From NCBI GenBank assembly GCA_016234935.1, contig JACRNL010000010.1:276589-340588 (forward strand): DNA of 64,000 nucleotides, read 5' to 3'. Positions within the stretch are counted from its first letter, which is position 1, and each line of letters opens with the position of its first letter. Of this stretch, positions 19,991 through 28,564 are shown one piece after another. Source of the stretch: Deltaproteobacteria bacterium. Its GTDB lineage: Bacteria > Desulfobacterota > GWC2-55-46. Position numbers and translations under genes: made by a program. Under the pieces are notes generated by a model that searched no databases, had not been told where the DNA came from, and worked only from the letters and a program-made list of their open reading frames with translations.

Positions 19991-20112
19991 AGGCTGCTCA
20001 AAAAGCCACAGATACAAGGCGTCGAGAAGCAAGGAATGAGGCGTACGTTGTATGTACGCCGCAGTGACGAGCTACGAAGACAACGCGGTAGATGGGGCTT
20101 TTTCAGCAGCCT
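19991..20112 (+). mobile_element. MITE-like TIR element, copy B
   Basis: AGGCTGCTCAAAAAGCCAC…GGCGTACgttgtatGTACGCC…GATGGGGCTTTTTCAGCAGCCTG. Confidence 0.6.
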
Positions 20113-20185
20113 GTTAAAATTATTTGACTCTGAGGGGGATTCTGCCGCATTATATCTGAATAACGCAGAGGAACGGAGAGCGCAA

Positions 20186-20800
20186 ATGACAGACGCTTTG
20201 ATGACTGAACAAGACCTGAAGGACTACCTCACTGAAATCCTCATCTTCATGAATTCCTCCGCGGACTCTTTCGACAACAGGTGCGTGGGCGAGGCAAGAC
20301 GCCTTGCGGCGTGCATACGCATACTTGCCGAGGACACCGCCCAGTCGCGCTCGCTCCTCGGACAGCTCGGGCTTACAAACCTTTTTTTCTATGACGACGC
20401 GCCGGATTACAACCCTGAGCTGGGCCTTCCGTTCAGCGGCCTTGCCGTTGTGACGCTTGGAGGCAAGACACACAAGTACGCGGCCCGGCTTGACAACAAC
20501 GTCAGGTCAAAAACCCGGAAGGTCTCTTTTGACCAATGGTGGCATAAGCCCGTCATCGTGGACGAAAAGAGAAAGATGAGCCTTACGCGCCGAGACGTCA
20601 CGCTGGCCGTGGCAAGCGCGAATATCGGCGAGATAAACCCAAAGCTCACGGGGGCATTTGAAGAACTCCTGCGCAAGGAGTCGCGCGGCTGGATCACCGA
20701 TTCCACCGTTGTCCCGCTTGACATGATCGAGATCGAATACGCCAGCCTGAGGCAGATAGCCTTCGAGCTTTTGAACTCGCTCGAAGACCAGCTGAAGTAA
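20186..20800 (+). CDS. hypothetical protein (204 aa), no recognisable domain
   Basis: Start at MTDALMTEQ with a GGAGAG RBS. The ORF track begins 50 codons earlier inside MITE copy B. Flanked by MITE copies B and C. Confidence 0.5.
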   Translation: MTDALMTEQDLKDYLTEILIFMNSSADSFDNRCVGEARRLAACIRILAEDTAQSRSLLGQLGLTNLFFYDDAPDYNPELGLPFSGLAVVTLGGKTHKYAARLDNNVRSKTRKVSFDQWWHKPVIVDEKRKMSLTRRDVTLAVASANIGEINPKLTGAFEELLRKESRGWITDSTVVPLDMIEIEYASLRQIAFELLNSLEDQLK

Positions 20801-20956
20801 CGCATTTGAACGCCATTACTCCCCTGTGAAGGGGCTGAGCCCCCTCACAGGGGGTCTACCCCTGATAAACCTTTCCATAAACATGGCAACGCATCTTTCC
20901 TTACGGCATGAGGCGCATCTTCACGCCGTAAGGGAACAGTTTCATGCCATCTCAAT

Positions 20957-21190
20957 TTATTCCAGTATCACGTTGGTGAGCGTCTTTTTGACGTGATTTA
21001 TCTTCTGTATCTTCGAGATGACTACGTCGCCGAGGACCTTGAAGTTCGACGCGGCCACGAGGGCGATGAGATCGTACGGGCCTGTGACCACCCTCGCTTC
21101 CTTCACGCCGGCCACCTTCAACAGCTTCTCAAGGACATCCCTTGATTTCGCGTGCTCACATTCTATGAGCACATAGGCTTCAACTGACAT
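20957..21190 (-). CDS. stand-alone Lrp/AsnC C-terminal (RAM) domain protein
   Basis: 77 aa (MSVEAYVLIECEHAKSRDVLEKLLKVAGVKEARVVTGPYDLIALV…) with a RAM-domain fold signature. Confidence 0.55.
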   Translation of the reverse strand: MSVEAYVLIECEHAKSRDVLEKLLKVAGVKEARVVTGPYDLIALVAASNFKVLGDVVISKIQKINHVKKTLTNVILE

Positions 21191-21215
21191 GGTTCCTCCT
21201 TGCTATCCGTAAAAC

Positions 21216-21297
21216 GTAGTGCGAGGCTTCAGCCTCGCTGTTTTTTTTGCGGTTCACTTGCCTGATTACAACAGGCGAGGCTGAAGCCTCGCACTAC
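21216..21297. repeat. inverted pair of GTAGTGCGAGGCTTCAGCCTCGC hairpin units (repeat family 3); left unit followed by T8
   Basis: ACGTAGTGCGAGGCTTCAGCCTCGCTGTTTTTTTT … GCGAGGCTGAAGCCTCGCACTACGT. Related units at ~53300-53395 and ~56696-56725. Confidence 0.5.
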
Positions 21298-21310
21298 GTA
21301 AAACAGAACG

Positions 21311-21457
21311 CGGCAGATGACGCGCTTGAGGCACAGGCTGCTCAAAAAGCCCCAGCTACTATGCGACGAGGAGCGAAGAACGAGGCGTAGTGTGTCCTAC
21401 GCCGCAGTGATGAGCGACGAAGGCAACGACGTAGATGGGGCTTTTTCAGCAGCCTGC
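21311..21457 (+). mobile_element. MITE-like TIR element, copy C, preceded by a partial right-end fragment
   Basis: …CAGGCTGCTCAAAAAGCCCCAG…GGCGTAGtgtgtcCTACGCC…GATGGGGCTTTTTCAGCAGCCTGCTCA. The napC-like TGA stop lies in the last 3 nt. Confidence 0.6.
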
Positions 21458-21961
21458 TCAGTGGAATATCCCCTGATGACAATCAACACAGGTAGCCTTG
21501 CCCTCGGCAAGGAGCGTCGCGTGCGCGGCCTTGCCGAATACTGAAGACGGCTTCGGGTCTTTGTGGCAGTCCCTGCACGGGGAGCTGTCCCAGCCCTTTA
21601 TCTGCTCCCTCGCCTTTCTTGCGAATTCGTCCTTATATTTGTCAAACTTCTCTTTCGTGCTTAAATCATGCGTGAAGCTGCTTACCACGTCCTTCATGCC
21701 GGTGACGACATGCACCTTTACCTTGCCGATGAAATCCGGCGGAAAGTGGCAATCGCGGCACTCAGGGTTTATCCCGCGCGAGCCCCAGTGCGCCGATTTC
21801 TTAAGCCCCTCGTAGGGATAGGTCATGGAGTGGCACGACATGCAAAATCCGGTCGAACTGAAAAACCTCTCGCCGCATATGAACGCGTAATTCAATGCCA
21901 GAGCGGCCACGGCGGTGATAACGACGAGCCTCCAGTTCTCAAGCAAGATCCTCTTTAGCAT
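21458..21961 (-). CDS. NapC/NirT/CymA-family membrane tetrahaem cytochrome c (quinol dehydrogenase)
   Basis: Four CxxCH motifs (CMSCH, CRDCH, CRDCH, CVDCH) and an N-terminal TM helix. Confidence 0.85.
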   Translation of the reverse strand: MLKRILLENWRLVVITAVAALALNYAFICGERFFSSTGFCMSCHSMTYPYEGLKKSAHWGSRGINPECRDCHFPPDFIGKVKVHVVTGMKDVVSSFTHDLSTKEKFDKYKDEFARKAREQIKGWDSSPCRDCHKDPKPSSVFGKAAHATLLAEGKATCVDCHQGIFH

Positions 21962-21992
21962 CTCCCACCTCTATGGTTGATATAAGCCCGCG

Positions 21993-24659
21993 TCACTCCA
22001 CGTCCCGCCAGTTAAGGCCGGACTTTACGTTTACCTTTATGGGGACGCTGAGCGTTATAACCCCTTCCATCTCGCGCCTCACCATGTCAATGATAGCCGT
22101 TTTTTCCTCCAGCGCAACCTCAAAGACAAGCTCGTCGTGTATCTGCAATATCATCTTTGAGCGCAGGCGCGCCCCGGCGGGCCCAAGCCTTTTGAAGATA
22201 TTTATCATCGCCGCCTTTATTATGTCCGCGGCGGACCCCTGAATGGGCGTATTTATGGCAAGGCGCTGTCCGAACCTGACCGTCGCGTCCACCGGACTCT
22301 TCAGCTCCGGTATAAAACGCCTCCTTCCGAAAAGCGTCTCTGTGTAGCCCTTTTCAGCCGCGTCTTTTATGGCGCCGTCAATGAACTCCCTGACCTTTTT
22401 GTAATGGGCGAAGTATCTGGAGATGTACTCCTCGGCTTCGGCAACGGGAATGCCAAGCTCGGTTGAAAGCCCGTAGGCGCCCATGCCGTAGACGATGCCG
22501 AAGTTTATGGCCTTTGCCCTCCGCCTTAACTCCGGCGTCACGTCCTTTTCGTCCTTTACGCCGAAGACGTCGCAAGCCGTGGCCGAATGTATGTCCTCGT
22601 CATTCAGAAATGCCTTTATGAGCGCCGGGTCCTGGGCCATGTGCGCGAGTATGCGAAGCTCTATCTGCGAATAATCCGCCGAGAAGAAAAAAAAGCCCTT
22701 TTCAGCGATAAACGCCTCCCGTATGCGCCCGGCGTAGTCGCCGCGAACCGGAATATTCTGGAGGTTCGGCCTTGAGCTCGACAGCCTCCCTGTGGCCGTG
22801 ACCGTCTGGTTGAACGACGTATGCACCCGGTTGGTAGACGGGTTTATCAGCCCTGCGACGGCGTCAACGTAGGTAGACTTCAGCTTCGAAAGCTGTCTGA
22901 AGCTGATTATCATCGCCGGCACTTCATGCCCGGCGGCAAGCTTTATCAAAACCTCTTCGTCCGTTGAAAAACCCGTCTTGGTCTTTTTAACGGGCTTTAG
23001 CTTCAGCCTTTCAAAAAGCAGCTGCGAAAGCTGTTTGGGCGAGCTTATATTGAACTCGCACCCGGCCGCGCGGTAGATTTCCTTTTCAATGTCAACGAGC
23101 TTGGACTCTATTTCTTTTGAGAGGTCTTTGAGGATGCCCGCGTCCACCTTTATGCCGCCGAGCTCCATGTCCGCGAGCACGGCGGTAAGCGGCAGTTCCA
23201 TCTCAAGATAAAGTTTTTTCAGATTTATCTCGTCAAGTTTCTTATCGAGGATATCCGCCACCCTGATCACATCCTGCGCCTTTTTGCAGGCAAGCGAAGC
23301 GGCCTTTTCCGGGTCGCGGAGGTCTTCTTTCCCTGCCTCCGGCTCTCCGAGATATTCATAGGCCAATTGCCCTATCGAATGTTCAGACTTCGATGGATTC
23401 ACGAGATACGACGCAACGGACGTGTCAATGCCGGGGTTCAATATGCCAATCTTCCTTGAAATGCAGTAGAGATAAAGCGCCTTGAAATTATCAGAATCCT
23501 TCCTGACGGCCGCATCCTCAAATATGGTCTTTAAAAAACCGTCAACCGCGTTAGTGTTGACGCCGCCGAAAAGCCCGCCTTGAAGAGGCTGATCCCCTGA
23601 AACAGGTATATAAAATGTCTCGCCCGCGGCTGCGGCAATGGCCAGCCCGATGGGCACAGCCGCCGGCCCCTCACCCGTAAGCAGCAATATCAAAGCGCAC
23701 CTGCCGCTTTTACGCGCCGCGTCAATAACACTGCCAAGCCCGGCCTCGCTGTCAACGACGCTAAACTCCGTCTTCTTCATTTCAACAGGCGCGGTTTCAA
23801 AGCCCATCTCTTTCAGGAGTTTGCCGAACTCAAGCTCCTTTAAAAGCGGGACGAGCCTTTCGATATCAGGCTTCCTGTACTGAAGCCCCTCGATAGTCCA
23901 CTCAAACGGCGCGTCGGCGTGAAGCGTGGCAAGCTCGCGCGAAAGAAATGCCGTCTCCCTGTGCGCCGTTAAATTCGCGCGGAGCTTGCCGCCCTTGACG
24001 CGGTCTATGTTTTCGTAAATTGCTTCAAGGCTGCCGAACTCCTTTATGAGCTTTGCCGCGGTCTTCAGGCCGATGCCGGCCACGCCGGGGATGCCGTCCG
24101 ATTGGTCTCCAGCCAGCGCGAGCAGGTCTCTTATGCGCTCCGGCCCGACGCCGAACTTTTCAAATACCTCCTTGACGCCAAGCTCCTTAGCCGCGATGTA
24201 ATCAAGTATAACGGTCTTGCCGTCAACCACAAGCTGCAGCATATCTTTATCGCCCGTGATGACGTCGATCTTGATGTCCGAGCCTTCAAGCCGTTTGACA
24301 ACGGTCGCGATAACGTCGTCGGCCTCAAACGACCGGCACTCAAGCACCGCGACGTTCATGGCGCGGAGCATCTTTTTTATGTACGGAATCTGCGGCGACA
24401 AAAGCTCCGGCATGGGCGGCCTCTGTGCCTTGTATTCGGCGAACTTCTCATGCCTGAACGTCGGCCCCTTGACGTCAAACGCCACCGCGATGTAATCAGG
24501 CCCAAAGTCCGCGATTACCTTCCGGAGGGTCTGCGTAAAACCGTAAACCGCGTTCGTCGTAAGCCCTGCGGAATTCGCAAGGGTCAGCGGTATCGCGTGA
24601 AAAGCGCGGTAAACGACTGAATTGCCGTCTATGATGATAAGTCTTTTTTCCATATCCAT
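21993..24659 (-). CDS. polA: DNA polymerase I
   Basis: 5'-nuclease N-terminus (MEKRLIIIDGNSVVYRAFHA), a 3'-5' exonuclease domain, and polymerase motifs (…RRAAKAINFGIVYG…, QIHDELVFE). Confidence 0.95.
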   Translation of the reverse strand: MDMEKRLIIIDGNSVVYRAFHAIPLTLANSAGLTTNAVYGFTQTLRKVIADFGPDYIAVAFDVKGPTFRHEKFAEYKAQRPPMPELLSPQIPYIKKMLRAMNVAVLECRSFEADDVIATVVKRLEGSDIKIDVITGDKDMLQLVVDGKTVILDYIAAKELGVKEVFEKFGVGPERIRDLLALAGDQSDGIPGVAGIGLKTAAKLIKEFGSLEAIYENIDRVKGGKLRANLTAHRETAFLSRELATLHADAPFEWTIEGLQYRKPDIERLVPLLKELEFGKLLKEMGFETAPVEMKKTEFSVVDSEAGLGSVIDAARKSGRCALILLLTGEGPAAVPIGLAIAAAAGETFYIPVSGDQPLQGGLFGGVNTNAVDGFLKTIFEDAAVRKDSDNFKALYLYCISRKIGILNPGIDTSVASYLVNPSKSEHSIGQLAYEYLGEPEAGKEDLRDPEKAASLACKKAQDVIRVADILDKKLDEINLKKLYLEMELPLTAVLADMELGGIKVDAGILKDLSKEIESKLVDIEKEIYRAAGCEFNISSPKQLSQLLFERLKLKPVKKTKTGFSTDEEVLIKLAAGHEVPAMIISFRQLSKLKSTYVDAVAGLINPSTNRVHTSFNQTVTATGRLSSSRPNLQNIPVRGDYAGRIREAFIAEKGFFFFSADYSQIELRILAHMAQDPALIKAFLNDEDIHSATACDVFGVKDEKDVTPELRRRAKAINFGIVYGMGAYGLSTELGIPVAEAEEYISRYFAHYKKVREFIDGAIKDAAEKGYTETLFGRRRFIPELKSPVDATVRFGQRLAINTPIQGSAADIIKAAMINIFKRLGPAGARLRSKMILQIHDELVFEVALEEKTAIIDMVRREMEGVITLSVPIKVNVKSGLNWRDVE

Positions 24660-24697
24660 TAATTGACAGTTTGACGCAGGTTTTATATACTTCAGGT

Positions 24698-25222
24698 ATG
24701 ATAAAAACATACCTGCCGTTTACCGCGCTCTTCCTGCTGCTGCTCTGCGTGCCCGTTCATGCCGAGCGAGGCGCCATAGGCGCATCCATAAGAGCCGTAG
24801 ATGAATTCTATAACGAAACACAAAATTTGACAAAGGATTTAGCGGACAGTCCAGCGGTAAAAGAGATGCGCGCCGCGTCACTTGAACAAAAAGACGCGGC
24901 CGTTAAGAATCTTGAAAACCTTAACCGCGTTGACAGGCCGGGTAAAAAGCGCTTTAAACAGGCCTACGGCATAGCCGCCTCCTATATGGACGCGCGAATC
25001 GAGGCCGTAAAAGCCCTTCCTCAAGCCTCCCCTGAAGACAAGGCGCGCATCGGCGGCATCGCAAAAACCCTGCTTGCCCTGAAAGCGGAAAAGCTCAACG
25101 CAATTAGCGAGACCGAAAAATTTGAACGAACAGATGAAAAGAAAATAAAACCCGTGCCAAGCATAGACCGCTCCCCCTACGAAAACAGCCCTGAAGGGGA
25201 TAAAGGGATATGGGAGAGGTGA
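24698..25222 (+). CDS. hypothetical secreted alpha-helical protein
   Basis: Signal peptide MIKTYLPFTALFLLLLCVPVHA. No recognisable domain. Confidence 0.45.
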   Translation: MIKTYLPFTALFLLLLCVPVHAERGAIGASIRAVDEFYNETQNLTKDLADSPAVKEMRAASLEQKDAAVKNLENLNRVDRPGKKRFKQAYGIAASYMDARIEAVKALPQASPEDKARIGGIAKTLLALKAEKLNAISETEKFERTDEKKIKPVPSIDRSPYENSPEGDKGIWER

Positions 25223-25289
25223 ACGGGGATTGAATTTGTTTCAGCGCGGGCGAGGCCGGGGAGCATAGGGACTTTTTGATTAACGGGGT

Positions 25290-25325
25290 TCCGGCGCGGA
25301 GACAGACCGGAACAAAAAGAGTTCG
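25290..25325 (-). terminator. intrinsic terminator downstream of the REC-PilZ gene
   Basis: Minus strand reads GGTTCCGGTCTGTCTCCGCGCCGGAACC with a T-run. Confidence 0.45.
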
Positions 25326-25350
25326 GGAGTTCTCCCCGCCGCTTTAAATC

Positions 25351-26091
25351 TCAAACGGTTCTTTTGCCGGGCACAGCCCGCCCATGCATAAAAGCCATTT
25401 CCGCCCGCGGCTCGGCCCACTGCAGGCCGGTCATCCAGCCCCCTTCCTTCAAAGGAATTGACCACATGACATTTGCGCGGGCGTTAAAGGACAGCCCGGA
25501 GGCGCTTACGGCGACGTTTACGGACGAATGCGGCTCTAAAGGACTTTCTTCATCGTATTCTATGCCGACCCCGTCGTTTGAAAAGTCCCTTGTTTTCGCC
25601 AGGAGGGTACTTGCTTCCCGCCTCTGGCCGCCTGCGTCCATGCAGTCGTGAAGGACGCATTTAACCTTGCGCCTCTGCCTTTGCGCCTTCCTTCTTTCCG
25701 CGTCCTCATGGACCGTCTTTGCCAATGCGCGCTTCATGAGCTTGTCAGCCGCGGCCATAAGCTCGGCAAGCCTGAAGGGCTTGGCGAGACACTTGACCTT
25801 GAGCCGGGAAAGCTCCGCCCTCTCCATGAACTTGCCTGTGATGAACAGAAACCTGTCGTTGAGGTAAGGATATTCCTCTCTGACGGCGTCATAGAGCGCT
25901 ATGCCGCCCATCCCCGGCATACAAACGTCCGAGATAACAAGGCTCCACCTGGAACGCCTCAGCATCTCCAGGGCCTGCTCGCCGCTGGCGGCGCATTCCA
26001 CATGATACCCCTTCAGGGCAAGCGCCTCGAAATAAAGGAGCCTCAACGCCTCTTCGTCATCCACCAGCAGTATCTTGCCCGCTTTGTTCAT
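25351..26091 (-). CDS. response regulator with receiver domain plus C-terminal PilZ (c-di-GMP-binding) domain
   Basis: REC N-terminus MNKAGKILLVDDEE…DVCMPGMGG. PilZ motifs RRKAQRQRR (RxxxR) and DFSNDG (DxSxxG). Confidence 0.65.
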   Translation of the reverse strand: MNKAGKILLVDDEEALRLLYFEALALKGYHVECAASGEQALEMLRRSRWSLVISDVCMPGMGGIALYDAVREEYPYLNDRFLFITGKFMERAELSRLKVKCLAKPFRLAELMAAADKLMKRALAKTVHEDAERRKAQRQRRKVKCVLHDCMDAGGQRREASTLLAKTRDFSNDGVGIEYDEESPLEPHSSVNVAVSASGLSFNARANVMWSIPLKEGGWMTGLQWAEPRAEMAFMHGRAVPGKRTV

Positions 26092-26254
26092 CGACAAAGA
26101 AATACCCCACAACGTTTTTATTGTCAACAGCAAAAGCTCCGCGGCCACAGCCGCCTTAAGGGCCGTTTGTCCCCGTGTGTCTAAAGCGGGGACTTGAATA
26201 TTGTCCGGAGGTGAATTTCAGGGTGTCCGCCGCTAAAAAAAACGCAAAGATGAT

Positions 26255-27007
26255 TTATGCGCCGCTGAGCCTTGAAGCGGCGTCCTGATCGACTATCCAC
26301 GTCACAGAGCCTTTTGCGAATCTTGCGAACTGGGCCGGAGTCTCCTCCGGGGCAAAGCTCCCTTCGAGACACTTAAAGAGCGCCTCCGCCTTGTCCTTGC
26401 CGCTGACGAGGAATATTATGTTCTTCGCGTTCATGACCACCGGCGGCGTCAACGTAATACGCACCGCATTGAGGCCTTCGACGTAAACGGCGACGGCTAT
26501 CCTGTTTTTTTCGTTGACCGCGCCGCTTTTGGGAAAGATTGACGCCGTGTGACCGTCGGCCCCCATGCCGAGGAGCATCAGAGCAAATTCAGGGAATGCG
26601 TCCGGCCTGAGCTTGAAAAAACCGGCCACATCTTTTTCATAGTCCAGGGCCGCCATGGCGCCATTTTCCCCTTTTATCCTGTGGATGTTCGACGCCGGCA
26701 TCTTCAGCTTTTCAAGCAAGGCCTCGCTGCACATGCGGTAGTTGCTCTCCCTGCTCCGCGGGCCTGCCGCCCTTTCATCCCCCCAGAAGAAGTGCACCTT
26801 CTCCCAGTTGACCTTCCCGATGTATTTATCCGTGGAAAGGAGCCTGTAAAGCCCCTCCGGGGTCTTGCCGCCGGAAAGGGCGACCGTAAAGACGCCGCCC
26901 GCCGCAAGGCATTCTCCGGCTATGTTCACGAAGGCCTCGGCGGCCCTTTCGTTCATCTCATCAATGCCCGCGCACACTACGACGCTCGGCGGCCTTTGCG
27001 CGCTCAC
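26255..27007 (-). CDS. pgl: 6-phosphogluconolactonase (DevB type)
   Basis: …VALSGGKTP… and …GMGADGHTASIFP… motifs. The GTG start overlaps the zwf stop (GTGA). Confidence 0.75.
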   Translation of the reverse strand: MSAQRPPSVVVCAGIDEMNERAAEAFVNIAGECLAAGGVFTVALSGGKTPEGLYRLLSTDKYIGKVNWEKVHFFWGDERAAGPRSRESNYRMCSEALLEKLKMPASNIHRIKGENGAMAALDYEKDVAGFFKLRPDAFPEFALMLLGMGADGHTASIFPKSGAVNEKNRIAVAVYVEGLNAVRITLTPPVVMNAKNIIFLVSGKDKAEALFKCLEGSFAPEETPAQFARFAKGSVTWIVDQDAASRLSGA

Positions 27008-28500
27008 TCGTTTCTCCAGACCTTGCCGTCCTTTGCGAGAAGGGCGTCCGATTCCCTCGGCCCCCATGACCCTGCGCTGTAATTCGGAAACTTGGACGGC
27101 TGCTGATTTTCCCAGCCGTCGAGTATCCTGGTGATGAACTCCCACGACGCCTCTATCCCGGCCTTGTGCGGGAAGAGCGTGGAATCTCCAAGCATGCAGT
27201 CGAGAATAAGCCTTTCGTAGGCCTCCGGAAGGTCGGCCTTGAAGGCGTTTTTGTATGAAAAATCCATCGTCACCTTTTCCATGTGCTTGGCGCTGCCGGG
27301 CAGCTTCACGTTGAACTGGAAGGCTATGCCCTCGTCGGGCTGTATCTTGAGAATAAGGACGTTGGACTCCGGGCCCGCTAAAATCGTCTTCGTGAAAAGG
27401 CTTATGGGCACCTGCTTGAAGTGGACGGCTATCTCCGTGAGATTTTTCTTCAGCCTCTTTCCAGTCCTCAGATAAAAGGGCACTCCGGCCCATCTCCAGT
27501 TGTCCACCATGACCTTCAAAGCCACGAAGGTCTCGGCCTGCGAATCATTTGACACGTCCTTCTCGGCCCGGTATTCGGCAACGCTCTCGGCGTTTACGAT
27601 CCCCGCGCCGTATTGCCCGCGCACGGTAAGCTCCGGCGTGTCCTCGGCCTCTATCGGCCTGAGCGCGCGCAAAAGCTCAAGCTTCTTCCAGCGTATAGTA
27701 TCAGCGTCCATGTTTATCGGCGGCTCCATAGCGACGAGCGAGAGGAGCTGGAGGATGTGGTTTTGCACCATGTCGCGAAGCGTCCCCGCCTCTTCGAAGT
27801 ATTTGCCCCTGTCCTCGACGCCGATTACCTCGGCGGCGGTTATCTGCACGTGATCGATGTATCTCCTGTTCCAGATAGGCTCGTATATGCCGTTGGAAAA
27901 CCGGAAATAGAGGATATTCTGGACGGTCTCCTTTCCGAGATAGTGGTCGATCCTGTAAACCTGCTCCTCGTCGAAATCCTTCAACACGAGTTCGTTCAAA
28001 GCGCAGGCGGACTCCCTGTCCGTGCCGAACGGCTTTTCAATGATGATCTTCGGCAGGCCGTTTGCCGTCTTTGCGGAAAGCCCGGAAGCGCGCAGCTTTT
28101 CGATTATAACGGGAAAAAAGCTCGGAGGGGTCGCCAGGTAAAACAGCCTTGAACACGGCGCGCCCACGGCCCTGTCAATTTCATCAAGCCGCGCCGCGAG
28201 CGCCCCGTAACCGTCCGTATCGTCAAAAGCCGAGGAGATGAACCAGACGTTATTAAGAAGCTCGCCGACAATGCCGTTGTCTACCGCAACGCGGCAATGC
28301 TTCCTGACCGCCTCGTCCGCATACGCCCTGTATGCCGCGTCGTCAAGGCGCCTCGTCGCCATGCCGACGATGCTGAATACGTGGGGCAGGAGTTTTAAGG
28401 ATTTAAGCCTGTATATCGCGGGCAGGAGCTTTTTCTTTGCCAGGTCCCCCGTGGCGCCGAATATTATAAGTATCGTTGGTTCCGGTTTATTGCTGAACAT
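27004..28500 (-). CDS. zwf: glucose-6-phosphate 1-dehydrogenase
   Basis: LIIFGATGDLAKKKL plus the RIDHYLGKE active-site motif. ATG with a GAAGG RBS (the ORF track starts 4 codons earlier at TTG). Confidence 0.9.
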   Translation of the reverse strand: MFSNKPEPTILIIFGATGDLAKKKLLPAIYRLKSLKLLPHVFSIVGMATRRLDDAAYRAYADEAVRKHCRVAVDNGIVGELLNNVWFISSAFDDTDGYGALAARLDEIDRAVGAPCSRLFYLATPPSFFPVIIEKLRASGLSAKTANGLPKIIIEKPFGTDRESACALNELVLKDFDEEQVYRIDHYLGKETVQNILYFRFSNGIYEPIWNRRYIDHVQITAAEVIGVEDRGKYFEEAGTLRDMVQNHILQLLSLVAMEPPINMDADTIRWKKLELLRALRPIEAEDTPELTVRGQYGAGIVNAESVAEYRAEKDVSNDSQAETFVALKVMVDNWRWAGVPFYLRTGKRLKKNLTEIAVHFKQVPISLFTKTILAGPESNVLILKIQPDEGIAFQFNVKLPGSAKHMEKVTMDFSYKNAFKADLPEAYERLILDCMLGDSTLFPHKAGIEASWEFITRILDGWENQQPSKFPNYSAGSWGPRESDALLAKDGKVWRNE

Positions 28501-28564
28501 GGCCGCCTTCAAGGCTTAAAATCCTTCATTTTACCGCCTTATGCCCGCCGAGGCTTAAAAACCT

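Noticed and set aside
20036-20185. N-terminal 50 codons of ORF 20036..20800 (MRRTLYVRRSDELRRQRGRWGFFSSLL…)
   Set aside because: This segment is translated from MITE copy B. The same pseudo-peptide appears at the 5' end of ORF 51076..52383 from copy E. The real starts are the downstream ATGs with RBS.
25152-25167. TGGCACGGGTTTT resembling a sigma54 -24 element (minus strand)
   Set aside because: It lies inside the CDS 24698..25222 with a poor -12 (TTTA instead of TTGC). No gene is positioned to be driven.
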